This document shows positions 37,401-51,840 of a DNA stretch of 64,000 nucleotides, piece after piece. Position 1 is the stretch's first letter, and every line of letters starts with the position of its first letter. The notes beneath the pieces are model-generated. The model was not told where the DNA came from. It saw only the letters and a program-made list of their open reading frames with translations, and did no database searches. This stretch comes from Antedon mediterranea (Eukaryota; Animalia; Echinodermata), in NCBI RefSeq assembly GCF_964355755.1, contig NC_092675.1:11961812-12025811 (forward strand). Direction: 5' to 3'. The position numbers were made by a program, and so were the translations under genes.

Positions 37401-38812
37401 TTAATTGTTTTCCCGTGATGAGATTTGAACCCGGTACCTCTGATACCAAAGTCGGTTGTACTACACATCGAGCCATATGAGCACCTGCTGAAGAAAATCC
37501 GAAGAAAGAGTCCTCGTTCATTCGGTATGTCTTGAATTCCGTCGATGCAAGTTGATTATTACATATCAAACTTAAATCATAAATATTACTATGATGAAAT
37601 CTTCACAAATTTTAAACAGTGACATATTACCAAAGTGCATACTTTCAAGTTTTATATATTAACATGTAAAGAAAAAAGATAAACGTTATGTTTATTGTTT
37701 TGCTCTTTGAATATGTTATTGTTTGTTTGATGATAAAAATTTCGAAAATTATATTTAATATGCAAATAATGTAGCCATCAAACACGTTTTAACATTAAAA
37801 ATTATTATAAATCAGATCTATGATTCATAAACTGCAAGAAATTAAAATAAAAAATAGGGGTAACCTTGCATTCTGATGAACTGTATTGTTTTTAAAAGTA
37901 GACATATTTTGCAACATTTTCACAATTTTTTGAGCTTTTTCTGCGCAACCAGTCATGTTTAACGTGCTCGTAGAACGCCATTTCAAGTTGAATAGTGAAT
38001 AAAATAACGTAAAACTGTCAACCAAAGATTTAAAAACATAAATCGTGTAAAAGAAATGCTCATTCGCGTTCCCTGCGCCATGCGCGCGTAAAAATGTGCG
38101 CACCAGTGGCAATTTTTTAAACGCTTAAAATGACCTGAATCGTGCTCTAATTTAATCAGAAATTAATTTCAAGCATTTTAAAATTTCAAACGCCGTTTAC
38201 GCACGCACTTTCGAATGTTACAAAATTCGTTAGGGTTAAAAAAGTTAACAATTGATGTGAAGAAAGCGTGGCTGAAAATTACGTTAAAAAATATTTATCT
38301 GTTTCAAAGTTATGATCAATTTAAGATTTTCAGAAAATCGCGCGTAACTTACGATACGCGCCTCTGACCGCGTCCAAAAGCTTGGCTGCACAATTTCAGT
38401 TAGATGTCAATATGTTGACCAAGTTACAACATGTTATGTTAACGCGTTGCAGAGAAACAGCGTGTACAAATTTGGAGAATTTTAAAATTTCAAACGCAAT
38501 TTAAGCAAAAATGTTCTAGTCTCCAAAAATTTGCTAGAGATCGAAAAAGTTAGCCATTGATGTGAAGAAAACGTGGCTGAAAACTTCGTTAAAAAATATT
38601 TATCGGTTTCGAAGTTATGACCGATTTAAGATTTTCAGAAAATCGCGCGTAACTTACGCTACGCGTATCTGACAGCGTCCAAAAGCTTGGCTGCACAACT
38701 TCAGTTAAATGTCTAAATGTTGACCAAGTTACAACATGTTATGTTAACACGTTGAAGAGAAACGTCATGAACAAAAGTGGCGGAAAGAAAGAAGAATAAT
38801 AAAAAAAAAAAA

Positions 38813-38908
38813 GAAACACTACAATAACAAAGGTTATCCGCTTGAGGCGGATAACCAAAAAGTAACACTACAATTCCAAGGGCTTATCCGCTTGAGGCGG
38901 ATAACCAA
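38813..38908 (-). repeat. Two stacked ttgag-type 5' caps
   Basis: aacactacaataacaaaggttatccgcttgaggcggataacc followed by aacactacaattccaagggcttatccgcttgaggcggataacc. Confidence 0.88.
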
Positions 38909-41751
38909 TAAAAAACTAGATTTGAACTCGTCACTTGAGGACGAGTTTGGTTATCCGCCCGCCACAAAACGTATCTTGCGTATTCAAGTACTTCTCAGTT
39001 ATGACTTTTCCAAAAAAAGTAGCCTATTCAAAAGTAAAACTGCCCTTTCAGTGTAATTACCATTTAAATCCTCTTATTTAATTACTTTCCCGTGATGGGA
39101 TTCGATCCCGGTACCTCTGATACCAAAGTCGGTGGCACTACACATCGAGCCATATGAGCACCTGCTGTAGAGAATCCGAAGAAAGTTAGCTCGACCATTC
39201 GGTATGTCGTGAACCACTCGATGCAGATAGATTATTACTTACCAAACTAAATCATAATTTTCACTATGATGAAATCTTCACAAATTTTAACCAGTGACAT
39301 ATTATGAAAGTGCATACTTTTAAGTTTTATATATTAACATGTGAAGAAAAAAGATAAACGTTATGTTTATTGTTTTGCTCTTTGAAAAAGTTTATGTTTG
39401 TTTGATGATAAAAATTTCAAAAATTATATTTAATATGCAAATAATGTAGCCATCAAACACGTTTTAACATTCAACACTATAATAAATCAGACCTATGATT
39501 CATACACTGCAAGAAAATAAAATAAAAAATAGGGGTAACCTTGCATTCTGATGAACTGTATCATTTTTAAAAGTATACATATTTTGCAACATTTTCACAA
39601 TTTTTTAACATTTTACGTGCGCAACCAGTCATGTTTAACGTGCTCGTAGAACGCCATTTGAAGTTGAAAAGTGAATGAAATAACGTAAAATTGTTAACCG
39701 AAGATTGAAAAACACAAATCGTGCAAAAGAAATGCTCATACGTGATTACTGCGCCGTGCGCGCGTAAAAATGTGCGCACATGGTGGCAATTTTTAAAACC
39801 CTTAAAATGACCTGAATCGTGCTCTAATTTAATCAGAAATTGATTTGGAGCATTTTAAAATTTCAAAAGCCGTATACGCGCGCACTTTCCAATGTTTCAA
39901 CTTACGGTAGCGATAAAAAAGTTAGCAATTGATGTGAAGCAAACGTGGTTGAAAATGACGTTAAAAAATATTTATCGTTTTCGAAGTTATGATCAATTTA
40001 AGATTTTCTGAAAATCGCGCGAAACTTACGCTACGCGGCTCTGCCAGCGTCCAAAAGCTTGGCTGCACATCTTCAGCTAAATGTCTAAATGTTTACCAAG
40101 TTACAAAATGTTATGTTAACAGGTTGCAGAGAAAAGCTGAACACAAAAATCGGCGGAAATAGAGAAGAATAATAAAAAACTAGATCTGAACTCGTCACTT
40201 GAGGACGAGTTTGGTTATCCGCCAGCAACAAAACGTATCTTGCGTATTAAAGTACTTCTCAGTTATGACTTTTCCAAAAAAAGTAGCCTATTCAAAATTA
40301 AAACTGCCCTTTCAGTGTAATAACCAAACAAATCCTTTTAATTATTTATTTTCCCGTGATGGGATTCGATCCCGGTACCTCTGATACCAAAGTCGGTTGC
40401 ACTACACATCGAGCCATATGAGCACCTGCTGAAGAAAATCCGAAGAAAGAGTCCTCGTTCATTCGATATGTCGTGAACCCCCTCGATGCCAGTTGATTAT
40501 TACATTTCAAACTTAAATCATAAATTTTACTATGATGAAATCTTCACAAATTTTAAACAGTGACATATTATGAAAGTGCATACTTTCAAGTTTTATATAT
40601 TCAACATGTGAAGAAAAAATATAAAAGTTATGTTTATTGCTCTACTCTTTGAAAATGTTATTGTTTGTTTGATGATAAAAATTTCAAAAATGATATTTAA
40701 TATGTAAATAATGTAGCCATCAAACACGTTTTAACATTCAACACTATAATAAATCACATCTACGATTCATACACTGTCAGAAAATAAAATAAAAAATAGG
40801 GGTAACCTTGCATTCTGATGAACTGTATCATTTTTAAAAGTAGACATATTTTGCAACATTTTCACAATTTGTTGACGTTTTCGTGCGCAACCAGTCATGT
40901 TTAACGTGCTCGTAGAACGCCATTTGAAGTTGAAAAGTGAATAAAATAACGTAAAATTGTTAATCGAAGTTTGGAAAACACAATTTATGCAAAAGAAAAG
41001 CTCATACGCGTTCCCTGCGCCGTGCGCGCGTAAAAATGTGCGCACCAGTGGCAATTTTTTAAACGCTTAAAATGACCTGAATCGTGCTCTAATTTAATCA
41101 GAAATTAATTTCAAGCATTTTAAAATTTCAAACGCCGTTTACGCGCGCACTTTCGAATGTTACAAAATTCGTTAGGGTTAAAAAAGTTAACAATTTATGT
41201 GAAGCAAACGTGGCTGAAAATTACGTTAAAAAATATTTATCTGTTTCGAAGTTATGATCAATTTAAGATTTTCAGAAAATCGCGCGTAACTTACGATACG
41301 CGCCTCTGACAGCGTCCAAAAGCTTGGCTGCACAATTTCAGTTAGATGTCAATATGTTGACCAAGTTACAACATGTTATGTTAACGCGTTGCAGAGAAAC
41401 AGCGTGTACAAATTTGGAGAATTTTAAAATTTCAAACGCAATTTACGCGAAAATTTTCTAGTCTCCAAAAATTTGCTAGAGATCGAAAAAGTTAGCCATT
41501 GATGTGAAGAAAACGTGGCTGAAAACTTCGTTAAAAAATATTTATCGGTTTTGAAGTTATGACCGATTTAAGATTTTCAGAAAATCGCGCGTAACTTACG
41601 CTACGCGTATCTGACAGCGTCCAAAAGCTTGGCTGCACAACTTCAGTTAAATGTCTAAATGTTGACCAAGTTACAAGATGTTATGTTAACACGTTGAGGA
41701 GAAACGTCGCGAACAAAAGTGGCGGAAAGAAAGAAGAATAATAAAAAAAAA

Positions 41752-44700
41752 CTAGACATGAAACTCGTCACTTTGACGAGTTAGTTATCCGCTCGACAAA
41801 CGCCACGTGCACGTCATACGTTACAATATTGCGCACAGAAAAATATTAAGGCATTATGACCTGAACTGAAGAATATGATATGTTGTTATTTCTGAATTCT
41901 GTTATTTTGTGTCATATAGTATACACAGTACAATCTGTATACATATCACAAACAGTGTAAAATAGGTGAAATTACGGGACCCGTATTTTATTGTAATTTT
42001 TAACATCTTGACGGTTTCAAAATGAAATGCAAAAGTAGAAATTTCAGAATGAAATTATCTCAGCAACAACATATTAACGTGTAGAAGAAATTTGAATACG
42101 TGAAATATTGATGCGCGCTCTTTTAAATGTAATGAAATATAATGCAAAAGATGAAAATACGACTTTTTTTATTTAACTGGCCATATGATGACGTCACGAC
42201 ATTCAATTGGCACAATTTACACATGATTTTGTATCTACAATACAATAGCTTCCTGAAAACGTTTTAATCGTGATTATCACATTTTATTCTTACGAGGTAT
42301 AACAGATTAAAATTTACTGTAAAGATGAAATTAATGACCAACGTAATTTAAATTTTTAGGCATGATGACGTTAAAAAAATTAAAAACATTTTAATTCATG
42401 CAAAAGATAGTTGATTGACCTAGAATATATTAAAATCGGGGTGAAAATAGACAACGAATAAGTGGAGATGCGCTCTATTAAATGTGATGAGCTATGACGA
42501 AAGAGACAAAAATCCTATATTTTATATTCGCGTGGCCATACGATGACGTCACAATGTCCGGTTACCCATATTAATGCATGATCCGATATCTACAACTCAT
42601 CAACTTCCAGAATATGTAATTAAAAAAAAGTTCTCCATGTAGTTTAGAATCTATGACTGTTTAAAAATAGGCATAATTTTGACAAATTTTTGAACTTTTT
42701 CACCAAAAACGCGTGCAAATTATGTAATTCGACGTGCTCGTATGACGTAATTTTAAGTCGAAATTGTTTAAAAGTTGGTAACATTACTAGAAAAGGCTGA
42801 AAAAACATAAATCACGCGAAAAAAATATGTTTTTAACGCTACGTGTGCACCGCGTGCGTAAAAATTTTCGCGCGCGTGGGAATTTTTGACATGCTCAAAA
42901 TGACATGAAACGCATAGAAAGTTGATTAGAAGTTGATTTTTCGCATCCTAAAATTTTAAACGCACGTACGCGCGTAACTTTTTGTGAAACATGCTATTTT
43001 TAATCCATAGAAAGTTTGCGCTTGATATGACTTAAATTTTCACAAAGCGTCAAAACAAAATTATGTTTGGTTTTTAGTCTATGATCAATCATTGAAATTC
43101 ATAAAATCGCGCGTACGTCACGTTGCGCAACTCTGACGTCATTCAAAAATAGGAGGTGCACAAGTTCACGTAAATGTCGATGTGTTGACAAAGTTACGAT
43201 ATGTTCTGTTTACACGTTTTAGAGAAACGCGACGCACAAAAATGACAGAAAGAAAGAAGTACTAGACATGAAACTCGTCACTTTGACGAGTTAGTTATCC
43301 GCTCGACAAACGCCACGTGCACGTCATACGTTAGAATATTGCACACAGAAAAATATTAAGGCATTATGACCTGAACTGAAGAATATGATATGTTGTTATT
43401 TCTGAATTCTGTGATTTTGTGTCATATACATAGTAACAGTACAATCTGTATACATATCACAAACAGTGTAAAATAGGTGAAATTACGGGACCCGTATTTT
43501 ATTGTAATTTTTAACATCTTGACGGTTTCAAAATGAAATGCAAAAGTAGAAATTTCAGAATGAAATTATCTCAGCAACAACATATTAACGTGTAGAAGAA
43601 ATTTGAATACGTGAAATATTGATGCGCGCTCTTTTAAATGTAATGAAATATAACGAAAAAGATGAAAATATGACTTTTTGTATTTAACTGGCCATATGAT
43701 GACGTCACAACATTCGATTGGCACAATTTTCACATGATTTTGTATCTACAATACAATAGCTTCCTGAAAACGTTTTAATCGTGATTATCACATTTTATTC
43801 TTACGAGCTATAACAGATTAAAATTTACTGTAAAGATGAAATTAGTGACCAACGTAATTTAAATTTTTAGGCATGATGACGTTAAAAAAATTAAAAAATT
43901 TTTAATTCATGCAAAACATAGTTGATAGACCTAGAAAATATTAAAATCGGGGTGAAAATGAACAACGAATAAGTGGAGATGCGCTCTATTAAATGTGATG
44001 AGCTATGACGAAAGAGACAAAAATCCTATATTTTATATTTGCGTGGCCATACGATGACGTCACAATGTCCGGTTAGCCATATTAATGCATGATTCGATAT
44101 CTACAACTCATCAACTTCCAGAATATGTAATTAAAAAAAAGTTCTCCATGTAGTTTAGAATCTATGACTGTTTAAAAATAGGTATAATTTTGACGAATTT
44201 TTGAACTTTTTCACCAGAAACGCGTGCAAATTATTTAATTCGACGTGCTCGTATGACGTAATTTTAAGTCGAAATTGTTTAAAAGTTGGTAACATTACTA
44301 TAAAAGGCTGAAAAAACATAAATCACGCGAAAAAAATATGTTTTTAACGCTACGTGTGCACCGCGTGCGTAAAAAGTTTCGCGCGCGTGGGAATTGTTGA
44401 CATGCTCAAAATGACATGAAACGCATAGAAAGTTGATAAGACGTTGATTTTTCGCACTCTAAAATTTTAAACGCGCGTGCGCGCGTAACTTTTTGTGAAT
44501 GGTGCTATTTTTAATTCATAGAAAGTTTGCGCTTGATGTGACTTAAATTTTCACAAAGTGTCAAAACAAAATTATGTTTGGTTTTTAGTCTATAATCAAT
44601 CATTGAAATTCATAAAATCGCGCGTAATTCACGTTGCGCAACTCTGACGTCATTCAAAAATAGGAGGTGCACAAGTTCACGTAAATGTCGATATGTTGAC

Positions 44701-44794
44701 AAAGTTACGATATGTTCTGTTTACACGTTTTAGAGAAACGCGACGCACAAAAATGACGGAAGGAAATAAGTATAATACAGAAAAAAAAAAAAAA
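41752..44794 (-). mobile_element. Two similar ~1.51 kb cap-less units (ctagacatgaaactc subfamily)
   Basis: Heads at 41752 and 43262, both with gttatccgctcgacaaacgcc. Confidence 0.85.
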
Positions 44795-47700
44795 TATGGA
44801 CGAGTTAGGTTATCCGCAGCGCAAAAGCCACGTGCACGTCGTACGTTAGAATATTGCGGGCAAAAAAACGATTATGGCATTGAAAAAATGTTAGTGCGCT
44901 CTCTATTTTGTGTCAAGTCAAAGTGTATACGGTATACGCTATATACTGTATACGTACTACGTACAGTGCAGAATAGGTGAAAATAAGTGACCAAAGTTAT
45001 TGACGCTTTTGGACATGATGACGTCATCACAATTTCTAAAATGGTGAATCATGCGAAAGATAATTGATTGACCTAGACAATATAAAGAAATGGAGGGCAA
45101 TGGAATACGGATAAGTGGAGATGCGCTCTATTAAATGTGATGAGCTATACGAAAGAGAAAAACATCCTATATTTTATTTTCCAGTGGCCATACGATGACG
45201 TCACAATGTCCTGTTAGCCATATTGATACATGATTCGATATCTACAACTCATCTACTACCAGAATATGTAATTATAAAAAAGTTTACCACGTAGTTTAGA
45301 ATCTATAACTGTTTAAAAAAAGGCATAATTTTGACAAATTTTTGGACTTTTTCATCAAAATTGCGCGCAAATTGTTTAATTCTACGTGCTCGTATGACGA
45401 GATTTTAAGGCAAAATTGATTGAAAATTGGTAAATTTATTATAAAAGACAGAAAAAACAAAAATCAAGCAAAAAAAAAGATGTTTTTGCGCTACGTGCGC
45501 ACGCGCGCGTAAGAAAATTGCGCACGCGTTGGAATTTTTGAAATGCTCAAAATGACATGAAACGCGTAGAAAGTTGATTAGATATTGATTTTTCGCATTT
45601 TGAAATTTTAAATACGCGTGCGCGCGTAAATTTTTATGAAACATGCCATTTTTAATCCATAGAAAGTTTGCGCATTATATGACTTAAATGTTCACCAAGT
45701 TTCAATACAAAACGACTTTTAGTTTTTATTCTATGATCAATCATTGAAATTCACAAAATCGCGCGTAACTTACGCTGCGCGACTCGAAATTTGAAAAAAA
45801 AAGTTTCTTGCACATCTACAGCTACAGGGCAATCTTTTGACAAAGTTATACAATCATATGTTGGCCAGAATTAGAGATACGCTGCGCACAAAAAATGGAG
45901 GAGAAGGGTGGAAGGAAACAAATAAATACTAGATTTGAACTCGTCACTACGTACGAGTTAGGTTATCCGCAGCGCAAAGGCCATGTGCACGTCATACGTT
46001 AAAATATTGCGCGCAGAAAAACGATTAAGTCATTGAAACAATTTCAGTGTGCTCTTTATTTTTCGTCACGTCTGAGTATATACGGTATACACTATATACT
46101 GTATACGTACTACATACAGTGCAAAATAGGTGAAAATAAGTGACCAAAGTTATTGACGCTTTTGAACATGATGACGTCATCACAATTTTGAAAATGGTGA
46201 ATCGTGCGAAAGATAATTGATTGACCTAGACAATATAAGAAAATTGAGGGAAATGGAATACGGATAAGTGGAGATGCGCTCTATTAAATGTGACGAGCTA
46301 TGACGAAAGAGAAAAAAATCCTATATTTTTTATTCGAGTGGCCATACGATGACGTCATATTATTCAGTTAGCCATATTAATGCAAGATTCGATAAAGACA
46401 ACTCATCTACTTTCAGAATATGTAATTTTAAAAATGTTCACCACGTAGTTTAGAATTTATGACTGTTTTAAGAAAGGCATAATTTTGACAAATTTTTGAA
46501 CTTTTTCATCAAAAACGCGTGCAAATTGTTCAATTCTACGTGCTCGTATGACGTGATTTTAAGTCGAAATTGATTGAAAATTGGTAAATTTACTAGAAAA
46601 GGCTGAAAAAACAAAAATCAAGCAAAAAAAAGATGTTTCTGCGCTACGTGCGCACGCGCGCGTAAGAAAAGTGCGCACGCGTGGGAATTTTTAAAATGCT
46701 CAAAATGACATGAAACGCGTAGAAAGTTGATTAGAAATTGATTTTTCGCATTTTGAAATTTTAAACGCGCGTGCACGCGTAACTTTCTGTAAAACATGCC
46801 ATTTTCTCTCTATAGAAATTAGCGCATGATATGACTTAAATTTTCACCAAGTTTCAATACAAAATGACATATAGTTTTTATTCTATGATCAATCATTGAA
46901 ATTCATAAAATCGCGCGTAACTTACGCTGCGCGACTCAAAATTCATAAAAAAAAGTTTCTTGCACATCTACAGCTACAGGGCAATCTTTTGAAAAATTTA
47001 TACAATCATATGTTGGCCAGAATTAGAGATAAGCTGCCAACAAAAAATGGGAGAGAAGTGTGTAAAGAAAGAAATAAATACTAGATTTGAACTCGTCACT
47101 ACGGACGAGTTAGGTTATCCGCAGAGCAAACGCCACGTGCACGTCATACGTTAGAATATTGCGCAGAGAAAACCATTATGCAATTGAAAAAATGTTAGTG
47201 CGCTCTCTATTTTACGTCACGTCTAAGTGTACACAGTATACACTATATATTGTATACGTACTACATACAGTGAAGAATATGTGAAAATAAGTGGCCCAAC
47301 TTATTGACGCTTTTGGACATGATGACGTCATCACAATTTTAAAAACGGTATATCATGCGAAAGATAATTGATTGGCATAGACAATATAAAAAAATGGGAG
47401 GAAATGGAATTAGGATAAGTGGAGATGCGCTCTTTTAAATGTGAAGAGCTATGACGAAAGAGACAAAAATCCTATATTTTATATTTGAGTGGCCATACGA
47501 TGACGTCACTATGTCCTGTTAGCCATATCGATGCATGATTCGATATCTACAACTCATCAACTTCCAGAATGTGTAATTTAAAAAAAGTTCACCACGTAGT
47601 TTAGAATCTATGACTTTTTAAAAAAAGGCATAATTTTCACGAATTTTTGAACTTTTTCATCAAAAACGCGCGCAAATTGTTCAATTCTACGTGCTTGTAT

Positions 47701-50700
47701 GACGTGATTTTAAGTCAAAATCCATTGAAAATTGGTAAATTTACTAGAAAAGGCTGAAAAAACAAAAATCAAGCAAAAAAAATATGTTTTTGCGCTACGT
47801 GCGCATGCGCTCGTAAGAAAAGTGCGCGCTGGTGGGAATTTTTGAAATGCTCAAAATGACCTGAAACGCGTAGAAAGTTGATTAGAAATTGATTTTTCGC
47901 AATTTAAAATTTTAAACGCGCGTGCGCGCGTAACTTTTAGCGCAACCTGCCATTTTTAATCTACAGAAAGTTTGCGCTTTATATGACTTAAAGTTTCACC
48001 AAGTTTCAATACAAAATGACTTTTGGTTTTTAATCTATGATCAATAATTGAAATTCATAAAATCGCGCGTAACTTACGCTGCGCGACTCGAAATTTGAAA
48101 AAAAAAGTTTCTTGCACATCTACAGATAAAGGGCAATCTTTTGACAAAGATATACAATCTTCTGTTGGCTAGAATTAGAGATACGCTGCCCACAAAAAAT
48201 GGGAGAGAAGTGTGGAAAGAAAGAAATAAATACTAGATTTGAACTCGTCACTACGGACGAGTTAGGTTATCCGCAGCGCAAAAGCCACGCGCATGACACA
48301 TAAGTTAGAATATTGCGCGCAGAAAAACGATTATGCCATTAAAAAAAATGTTAGTGAGCCCTCTATTTTGTGTCACGTCTAAGTATATACGGTATACGCT
48401 ATACTGTATACGTACTACATACAGTGCAGAATAAGTGAAAATAAGTGACCAAAGGTTTTGACGCTTTTGCAAATGATGACGTCATAACAATCTTAAAAAT
48501 TGTTAACCATGCGAAAGATAATTGATTGACCTAGAAAATATAACAAAATGGGGAGAAATGGAATACGGATAAGTAGAGATGCGCTCTATTAAATGTGATG
48601 AGCTATGCGAAAGAGACAAAAATCCTATATTTTATTTTCCAGTGGCCATACGATGACGTCACAATGTCCGGTTAGCCATATGGATGCATGATTTGATATC
48701 TACAACTCATCTTCTTCAAGAATCTGAAATTTTAAAAATGTTCACCACGGAGTTTAGAATCTATGACTTTTTAAAGAAAGGCATAATTTTCACGAATTTT
48801 TAAACTTTTTCATCAAAAACACGCGCAAATTTTTCAATTCTACGTGCTCGTATGACGTGATTTTAAGTCCAAATTGTTTGAAAGTTGGTAAATTTACTAG
48901 AAAAGGCTGGAAAAACAAAAATCAAACAAAAAAAAGATGTTTTTGCGCTACATACGCACGCGCGCGTAAAAAAATTGCGCACCCCTGGGAATTTTTGAAA
49001 TGCTCAAAATGACATGAAACGCGTAGAAAATTGATTAGAAGTTGATTTTTCGCATTTTGAAATTTTAAACGCGCGTGCGCGCGTAACTTTCTGTGAAACA
49101 TGCCATTTTTAATCCATAGAAAGTTTGCGCTTGATATGACTTAAATTTTCACCAAGTTTCAATACAAAATGACTTTCGGTTTTTAATCTATGATCAATCA
49201 TTTAAATTCATAAAATTGCGCGTAACTTACGCTGCGCGACTCAAAATTCATAAAAAAAAAGTTTCTTGCACATCTACAGCTACAGGGCAATCTTTTGACA
49301 AAGTTATACAATCATATGTTGGCCAGAGTTAGAGATACGCTGCGAACAAAATTCGTGGAAAGAAAGAAGAACATAGAAAAAAAAAAAAAAGAAAAAAAAA
49401 AAGATCCTGACAATAACAAGAGGTTATCCGCCAAGTGCGGATAACCAACTAGATTTGAACTCGTCACTACGGACGAGTTAGGTTATCCGCAGCGCAAAGG
49501 CCACGTGCACGTCATACATTAAAATATTGCGCGCAGAAAAACCATTAAGTCATTGAAACAATTTCAGTGTGCTCTCTATTTTTCGTCACGTCTGAATATA
49601 TACGGTATACGCTATATACTGTATACGTACTACATACAGTGCAGAATAGGTGAAAATAAGTGACCAAAGTTATTGACGCTTTTGGACATGATGACGTCAT
49701 CACAATTTCTAAAATGATTAATCATGCGAAAGATAATTGATTGACCTAGACAATATAAAGAAATGGAGGGCAATGGAATACGGATAACCGGAGATGCGCT
49801 CTATTAAATGTGATGAGCTATACGAAAGAGAAAAAAATCCTATATTGTATATTCGAGTAGCCATACAATGACGTCACAATGTCCTGTTAGCCATATTGAT
49901 ACATGATTCGATATCTACAACTCATCTACTACCAGAATATATAATTACAAAAAAGTTCACCACGTAGTTTAGAATCTATGACTGTTTAAAAAAAGGCATA
50001 ATTTTGACAAATTTTTAGACTTTTTCATCAAAATTGCGCGCAAATTGTTTAATTCTACGTGCTCGTATGACGTGATTTTAAGTCGAAATTGTTTGAAAGT
50101 TGGTAAATTTACTAAAAAAAGACAGGAAAAACAAAAATCAAGCAAAAAAAAAATGTTTTTGCGCTACGTGCGCACGCGCGCGTAAAAAAATTGCGCACGC
50201 GTGGGAATTTTTAAAATGCTCAAAATGACCTGAAACGCGTAGAAAGTTGATTAGAAATTGAATTTTCGCATTTTAAAATTTTAAACGCGCGTGCGCGCGT
50301 AACTTTTTGGAAATGTGCCATTTTAAATCCATAGAAAGTTAGCGCATGATATAAATTACACTTTTGCCAAGTTTCAATTAAAATTGCTTTTTGGTTTTCA
50401 ATCTATGTTAAATACGCAAAATTCACAAAATCGCGCGTAACTTACGCTGCGCGACTCTAAAGTCAAAAAACGAAACGTCCTGCACATCTACAGCTACAGG
50501 TCAATCTTATGAAAAAGTTACACAATCTTCTGTTTGCCAGAATTAGAGATACGCTGCCAACAAAATTCAGGGAAAGAAAGAAGAATAACATAGAAAAAAA
50601 AAAAAAAAAAAAAAAAAAAAGATCCTGACAATAACAAGAGGTTATCCGCCAAGTGCGGATAACCAACTAGATTTGAACTCGTCACTACGGACGAGTTAGG

Positions 50701-51809
50701 TTATCCGCAGTGCAAAAGCCACGCGCATGACACATAAGTTAGAATATTGCGCTCAGAAAAACGATTATGCCATTGAAAAAAATGTTAGTGAGCCCTCTAT
50801 TTTATGTCACGTCTAAGTATACGCTATATACTGTATACGTACTACATACAGTGCAGAATAGGTGAAAATAAGTGACCAAAGTTATTGACGCTTTTGCAAA
50901 TGATGACGTCATAACAATCTTAAAAATTGTTAACCATGCGAAAGATAATCGATTGACCTAGACAATATAACAAAATGGGGGGAAATGCAATACGGATAAG
51001 TAGAGATGCGCTCTATTAAATGTGATGAGCTATGCGAAAGAGAAAAAAATCCTATATTTTATATTCCAGTGGCCATACGATGACGTCACAATGTCCGGTT
51101 AGCCATATGGATGCATGATTTGATATCTACAACTCATCTACTTCCAGAATCTGAAATTTTAAAAATGTTCACCACGGAGTTTAGAATCTATGACTTTTTA
51201 AATAAAGGCATAATTTTCACGAATTTTTGAACTTTTTCATCAAAAACACGCGCAAATTTTTCAATTCTACGTGCTCGTATGACGTGATTTTAAGTCAAAA
51301 TTGTTTGAAAGTTGGTAAATTTACTAGAAAAGGCTGAAAACACAAAAATCAAACAAAAAAAAGATGTTTTTGCGCTACGTGCGCACGCGCGCGTAAAAAA
51401 ATTGCGCATGCCTGGGAATTTTTGAAATGCTCAAAATGACATGAAACGCGTAGAAAGTTGATTAGAAGTTGATTTTTTGCATTTTGAAATTTTAAACGCG
51501 CGTGCGCGCGTAACTTCCTGTGAAACATGCCATTTTTAATCCATAGAAAGTTTGCGCTTGATATGACTTAAATGTTCACCAAGTTTCAATACAAAATGAC
51601 TTTCGGTTTTTAATCTATGATCAATCATTTAAATTCATAAAACCGCGCGTAACTTACGCTGCGCAACTCAAAATTCATAAAAAAAAGTTTCTTGCACATC
51701 TACAGCTACAGGGCAATCTTTTGACAAAGTTATACAATCATATGTTTGCCAGAGTTAGAGATACGCTGCGAACAAAATTCGTGGAAAGAAAGAAGAACAT
51801 AGAAAAAAA

Positions 51810-51840
<31 letters not shown>

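Larger units (their letters stand above)
30491..41751 (-). mobile_element. Block of 7 HINE-like units of a distinct tRNA-bearing family (acttgag loop; ~1.26 and ~1.56-1.6 kb forms)
   Basis: Heads aactcgtcacttgaggacgagtttggttatccgcc at 30491, 32052, 33670, 34928, 36191, 38916 and 40180. Caps ttatccgc-ttgag-gcggataacc at ~33645, 38833 and 38883. Confidence 0.88.
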
